Below are positions 60,315 to 64,000 of a DNA stretch of 64,000 bases, one piece after another. Positions within the stretch are counted from its first letter, which is position 1. The number at the start of each line of letters is the position of its first letter. The notes beneath the pieces are model-generated. The model saw nothing but the letters and a program-made list of their open reading frames with translations, did no database searches and was not told where the DNA came from. Source of the stretch: a virus. Taxonomy: Duplodnaviria; Caudoviricetes. The translations under genes and the position numbers were made by a program. Where the stretch lies: the IMG/VR virus record IMGVR_UViG_3300044694_000082, positions 32,001 to 96,000 of that record; one strand, written 5' to 3'.

Positions 60315-63300
60315 GGACATCACTATCTTTATCCGGGTTCGCGATGCTACGCAGGGCGCCATCGGCCGGGTCACCCGTGACCTCGGGCGTCTGCAGACGC
60401 GTCTGCGTGCGGCGTCCAACGGCCGCAATGTCTTCGACCGTATCGGTGACAGCCTGCGCCGTACTCAGGACCACCTGCGGCGGTCCGAGGCGTTCGTGGG
60501 TCGTTTCCGTGGTGCACTGAACCGGCTGGGCGCTGCCGGTCTGACACCTCTGGCGCGCCTGTCGGACGGCCTGGGCAACCGGATGCGCCGCGTCTTCGGT
60601 GACGCCTCGCGTGCGGTCGGCATCTTCCGCGGCAACCTGGGGCGCGTCGGCCCCATGTGGAGCCGACTCATCGCCGGTGCGCGAGCGTTCGGTGACCGTA
60701 TCGAGCGAAGCAGCCGCCTGACCAAGATCTTCCTGGCGATCATCGCACTGCTGGGTCCTGCGGCACAGCTGGCCGGTGCGCTGCTGATCACCGCCCTGGG
60801 CGCCTCGTTCATCGCGCTGGGCGCCTTCGCTCTGCGCGGCAGCGCGCAGGTGAAGAACGCTTTCCAGGGCATGAAGACCACGATCGGCAGTGTCGTTCGT
60901 GAAGCGGCTCAGCCGATGGAGGGCGCCCTGGTCGGCGGTATGCAGCAGCTGGCGCAGGCCGCCCGCGTTCTGCAGCCGCTGCTGACGCAGGCATTCACTG
61001 CCACAGCGCCTCTGGTCAAGAGCGTGGCTGGAGCAGTGACCGACTTCGCGGCCGGTGCGCTGCCCGGCATGACGACTGCACTGCAGCACGCCGGTCCTGC
61101 CATGGAGGGCTTCCGCACCGCCATGGGACAGGTCGGCCAGGGCATCGGCGACATGTTCAAGAAGATGACGGTCGGCAACGAAGCAGGACTGGCGAACGCC
61201 TGGAAGCTGGTCGGCGAGGAGCTGGACAACTTCCTGAGCAACCTGGGCGACTTCATCAACACGATGACAAACAGCGCCAGCGCCACCACACTCCTGCTCG
61301 GCGTCTTCCGTTCCTTCAGCGGAATCCTGCACATCGTCGAGGCCGCCTTCCAGGCCATCGACGAGGTTGCCTCGCCGCTGTTCCAGAAGATCAACGGCTG
61401 GGTCCAGGGCATGTCCGGACTCTCCGGCGTCTCGAAGCAGGTCGCGGCCTCCTTCAGCTACGTCGGCCTGAGTTCTGAACAGCTGCAGCAGAAGCTGGCC
61501 ACGGTCAACCAGAAGATTCAGGATCTTCAGGAGAGCTACGGCAATATCAAGGGGCCCGCCAAGAAGGGCTTCATGGACAAGCACGGCTACAGCCAGCTTG
61601 TTGCCGAACGCGATGCCCTCGAAGGCGCCATTGCTGCTGCAGCGAACGGTTCGGCGTCCGCGAACGCCAATGAGACCAAGTCCATCAACGATCTCATCGA
61701 CGCAACGCGGAACCTGAACGAGGCGAACCGCAACAACCTCGACGCCCGCGCCACTCTCGAACAGTCCATCGATGACGCCGACAAGAAGTACACCAAGTAT
61801 CGCCACACCCTGAAGATGACCAATGGTCAGCTGGATCTGGGCAAGCAGTCTCAGCGCGATGCTTACGACCTGTTGTCGAAAATTGCTTCGGCGACGAATG
61901 ACGCCACGAAGAAGGCTGAGGACTCGAAGGCGCCCTGGGAACAGGTCAATGCGGAATGGCAGCGCGGTCACGGCAGTATCGCGAAGCTGGCCGAGGCAAT
62001 GGGCCTCAGCAGCACCGAGGCAGCAGCGCTCGCCGATCAGCTGGTCAAGATGCCCAGCCCCAAGGTCAAGTTCCGCATGGACAAGGCGGACGCCACCACT
62101 GACCTCAATGCCTTCAACGCGGCACTCAAGAAGACACCGAACGCGCACAAGGTGACGCTCAACGCGCTGTCTGAGTCCGGCGAAGCCGTCCTCGCCGCTT
62201 TTGGCCTCAAGATCAAGCGCCTGCCCAATGGCAAGGTCGTCATCACGGCCAAGAACGGCCAGGCCCTTTCTGCCATCGCCAGTGTGCAGAATGCGGTCAA
62301 CGGTCTGCAGGGCAAGAGCATCGGCATCGGCATCTACAAGACGACGTACCTGAACACGGTGCGCGCCCCCGGAACTGCTGCCGACGGAAAGAAGTACCCC
62401 GGTGTCACCCCGAATGCGAAGGGCGGTCTGATCCGCAGGTTCGCCGAGGGCGGCGGGGTAGCCAACATTCCGTACGGCGGTTCAGTGACGGGTCCAGGGA
62501 CCGGGACCTCGGACAGCATTCCTGCTCTGCTGTCGAACGGTGAGTACGTCATCAGGGCGGACTCGGTCCGTAAGTACGGCCTGGGCCTGTTCGACCGTAT
62601 CAACGCTGGCAAGTACGCCAAGGGCGGCAAAGTCAGCAAGGCGACACAGGCGGAGCGGGATGCCGCTTCGCAGATGCGCGGTCAGTTCGGCATCTCCTAT
62701 TTCGGGAAGATCGCCGGGTACACGCACACGCCGTACGAGAGGAACACGGCGCTCCCGCAGGATCTGGGGTCGTTGGTCTCCGCCCTGAATGACCTGCGCA
62801 ACCAGATCAAGTCGGCTTTCCACGGCAGCAAGGAAGCCGGTCTGCTGAAGCAGTTGACCAAGGCCGGTAAGGCTCTGATCAGTTACGAGAAGAAGCTGAC
62901 CGACGTCAACAAGAAGCTCGACGCCGCGAAGACGAAACTCAGTGACCTCAAGCAGGCTGCTGCCTCTTTGAACGACACCGTGAAGTCGGGTGTCATGACG
63001 GCCACCGACATCACGCAGGTGGCCACCGGCGAGGACAAGAACATCACCCTGTCCGACGTCATGGCGCAAATGCAAACCAGCGTCGACAAGTCGACATCCT
63101 TCTCGAAAGCGCTCAGCGATCTCAAGAGCCGCGGCGTTTCGAAAGACATCATCAACGAGATCGCGCAGGCCGGTATCTCCGGCGGCGGTCTGGAGACTGC
63201 GGGCGCCATTCTCAGCGGCTCCGACAGCGACATCGCCAACCTCAACGAGATGCAGAAGAAAATCAATGCCAACGCGGCCAGCGCTGGCAAGACGGCCGCC

Positions 63301-63714
63301 GACGCCATGTACGCGGCCGGGATCAAGGCTGCACAGGGTCTGGTCGACGGTCTGACGAAAAAGCAGAAGGACATCGAAAAGGCGATGATGAAGATCGCCA
63401 AGTCGATGGAGAAGAGCCTGAAAAAGGCTCTCGGTATCAAGTCCCCTTCTCGCGTCATGATGCAGGTCGGCCATCACACCGCGGAGGGATTCGCACTCGG
63501 CATCCAGAAGAACCGCCGGGTCCCGAATGCCTGGTCTTCGATGCTCAACGTTCCCTCCGGGGCCCCCACGGGCGGAGCGCAGGGAGGCGGAAGCGGGGTC
63601 TACACGATCCCGATCTACCTGGGCGGGAAGCTTTTCGAAGAAATCGTCCTGGACACCAACCGGCGCATCGTTCGTACGCGCGGCGGTGACGTCCAGAAGG
63701 TGTTCGGACGCTGA
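60307..63714 (+). CDS. tape measure protein
   Basis: ~1135 aa Ala/Gly-rich helical; GPGTGTSDSIPALLSNGEYV; LGIKSPSRV. Confidence 0.93.
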   Translation: MAEDITIFIRVRDATQGAIGRVTRDLGRLQTRLRAASNGRNVFDRIGDSLRRTQDHLRRSEAFVGRFRGALNRLGAAGLTPLARLSDGLGNRMRRVFGDASRAVGIFRGNLGRVGPMWSRLIAGARAFGDRIERSSRLTKIFLAIIALLGPAAQLAGALLITALGASFIALGAFALRGSAQVKNAFQGMKTTIGSVVREAAQPMEGALVGGMQQLAQAARVLQPLLTQAFTATAPLVKSVAGAVTDFAAGALPGMTTALQHAGPAMEGFRTAMGQVGQGIGDMFKKMTVGNEAGLANAWKLVGEELDNFLSNLGDFINTMTNSASATTLLLGVFRSFSGILHIVEAAFQAIDEVASPLFQKINGWVQGMSGLSGVSKQVAASFSYVGLSSEQLQQKLATVNQKIQDLQESYGNIKGPAKKGFMDKHGYSQLVAERDALEGAIAAAANGSASANANETKSINDLIDATRNLNEANRNNLDARATLEQSIDDADKKYTKYRHTLKMTNGQLDLGKQSQRDAYDLLSKIASATNDATKKAEDSKAPWEQVNAEWQRGHGSIAKLAEAMGLSSTEAAALADQLVKMPSPKVKFRMDKADATTDLNAFNAALKKTPNAHKVTLNALSESGEAVLAAFGLKIKRLPNGKVVITAKNGQALSAIASVQNAVNGLQGKSIGIGIYKTTYLNTVRAPGTAADGKKYPGVTPNAKGGLIRRFAEGGGVANIPYGGSVTGPGTGTSDSIPALLSNGEYVIRADSVRKYGLGLFDRINAGKYAKGGKVSKATQAERDAASQMRGQFGISYFGKIAGYTHTPYERNTALPQDLGSLVSALNDLRNQIKSAFHGSKEAGLLKQLTKAGKALISYEKKLTDVNKKLDAAKTKLSDLKQAAASLNDTVKSGVMTATDITQVATGEDKNITLSDVMAQMQTSVDKSTSFSKALSDLKSRGVSKDIINEIAQAGISGGGLETAGAILSGSDSDIANLNEMQKKINANAASAGKTAADAMYAAGIKAAQGLVDGLTKKQKDIEKAMMKIAKSMEKSLKKALGIKSPSRVMMQVGHHTAEGFALGIQKNRRVPNAWSSMLNVPSGAPTGGAQGGGSGVYTIPIYLGGKLFEEIVLDTNRRIVRTRGGDVQKVFGR

Positions 63715-63725
63715 GAAACCAACGA

Positions 63726-63758
63726 AAAGAGGGGGCCTTCGGGCCCCCTCTTCTTTTC
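63726..63758 (+). terminator. intrinsic terminator
   Basis: AAGAGGGGGCC-TTCG-GGCCCCCTCTT followed by CTTTT. Confidence 0.8.
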
Positions 63759-63792
63759 TGCCGCTCGGCAGCAGACATAAGAGGTGGTCACC

Positions 63793-64000
63793 ATTCACCG
63801 GTATAAGTGCTACAACGCGCCGATGGCCACAACGGCTGCGACAGCTTCCGTGGCAACGGGCACCTCGATCAAGACGATGCTGCAGATCGCCACGCCGTCC
63901 ACCCGGCAGGCCCAGCTGATCTCGTGGGGCTTCAATATCGAGTCGGGTCCGGCGACCGGTCCTCTCAAGATCGAACTGGTGCAGACGGACGTGGCGGCCA
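63793..64000 (+). CDS. minor tail/structural protein (truncated by window), possible ATT start
   Basis: GAGGTG + 6 nt + ATT CAC CGG TAT AAG TGC..TSIKTMLQIATPSTRQ..WGF. Confidence 0.6.
   Translation, partial: MHRYKCYNAPMATTAATASVATGTSIKTMLQIATPSTRQAQLISWGFNIESGPATGPLKIELVQTDVAA

Noticed and set aside
1-64000. Reverse transcriptase/DGR/retron, lysis cassette, DNA polymerase, parA/parB
   Set aside because: No diagnostic motifs found in this window; they may lie outside it

Overview
High-GC (actinobacterial, most likely Streptomyces-infecting) siphovirus or phage-plasmid sequence, with no recognisable host housekeeping genes. About 1-38.3 kb is a dense, almost entirely leftward early/accessory region of small ORFs, including a Thg1-like nucleotidyltransferase, Nudix hydrolase, SLOG protein, ThyX, dCMP deaminase, vWA protein, DUF2829/Tad2-like protein, RelE-like protein and several HTH regulators. 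It is interrupted at ~20.1-27.3 kb by a control region containing a mirror-symmetric iteron array, operator-like repeats and a ~500-nt hairpin-rich non-coding leader. From 38.4 kb the rightward late module runs: putative TerS, [Cre-like tyrosine recombinase, metalloprotease-like gene, tRNA-Trp], TerL, HK97 portal, ClpP-type protease, major capsid, head/neck genes, two tail-tube paralogues, HNH, frameshifted tail chaperones and tape measure. Most striking: (1) nine co-oriented copies of the bacterial chromosomal parS sequence at gene junctions in 0.4-15.9 kb, with no parA/parB in the window; (2) a structured leader RNA with 8 repeated motifs and a boxA-like element directly upstream of an Arg-rich protein, a candidate antitermination system; (3) a symmetric origin-like iteron array; (4) structural genes apparently starting at ATC/ATT. 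All family assignments are by motif recognition, not database search.
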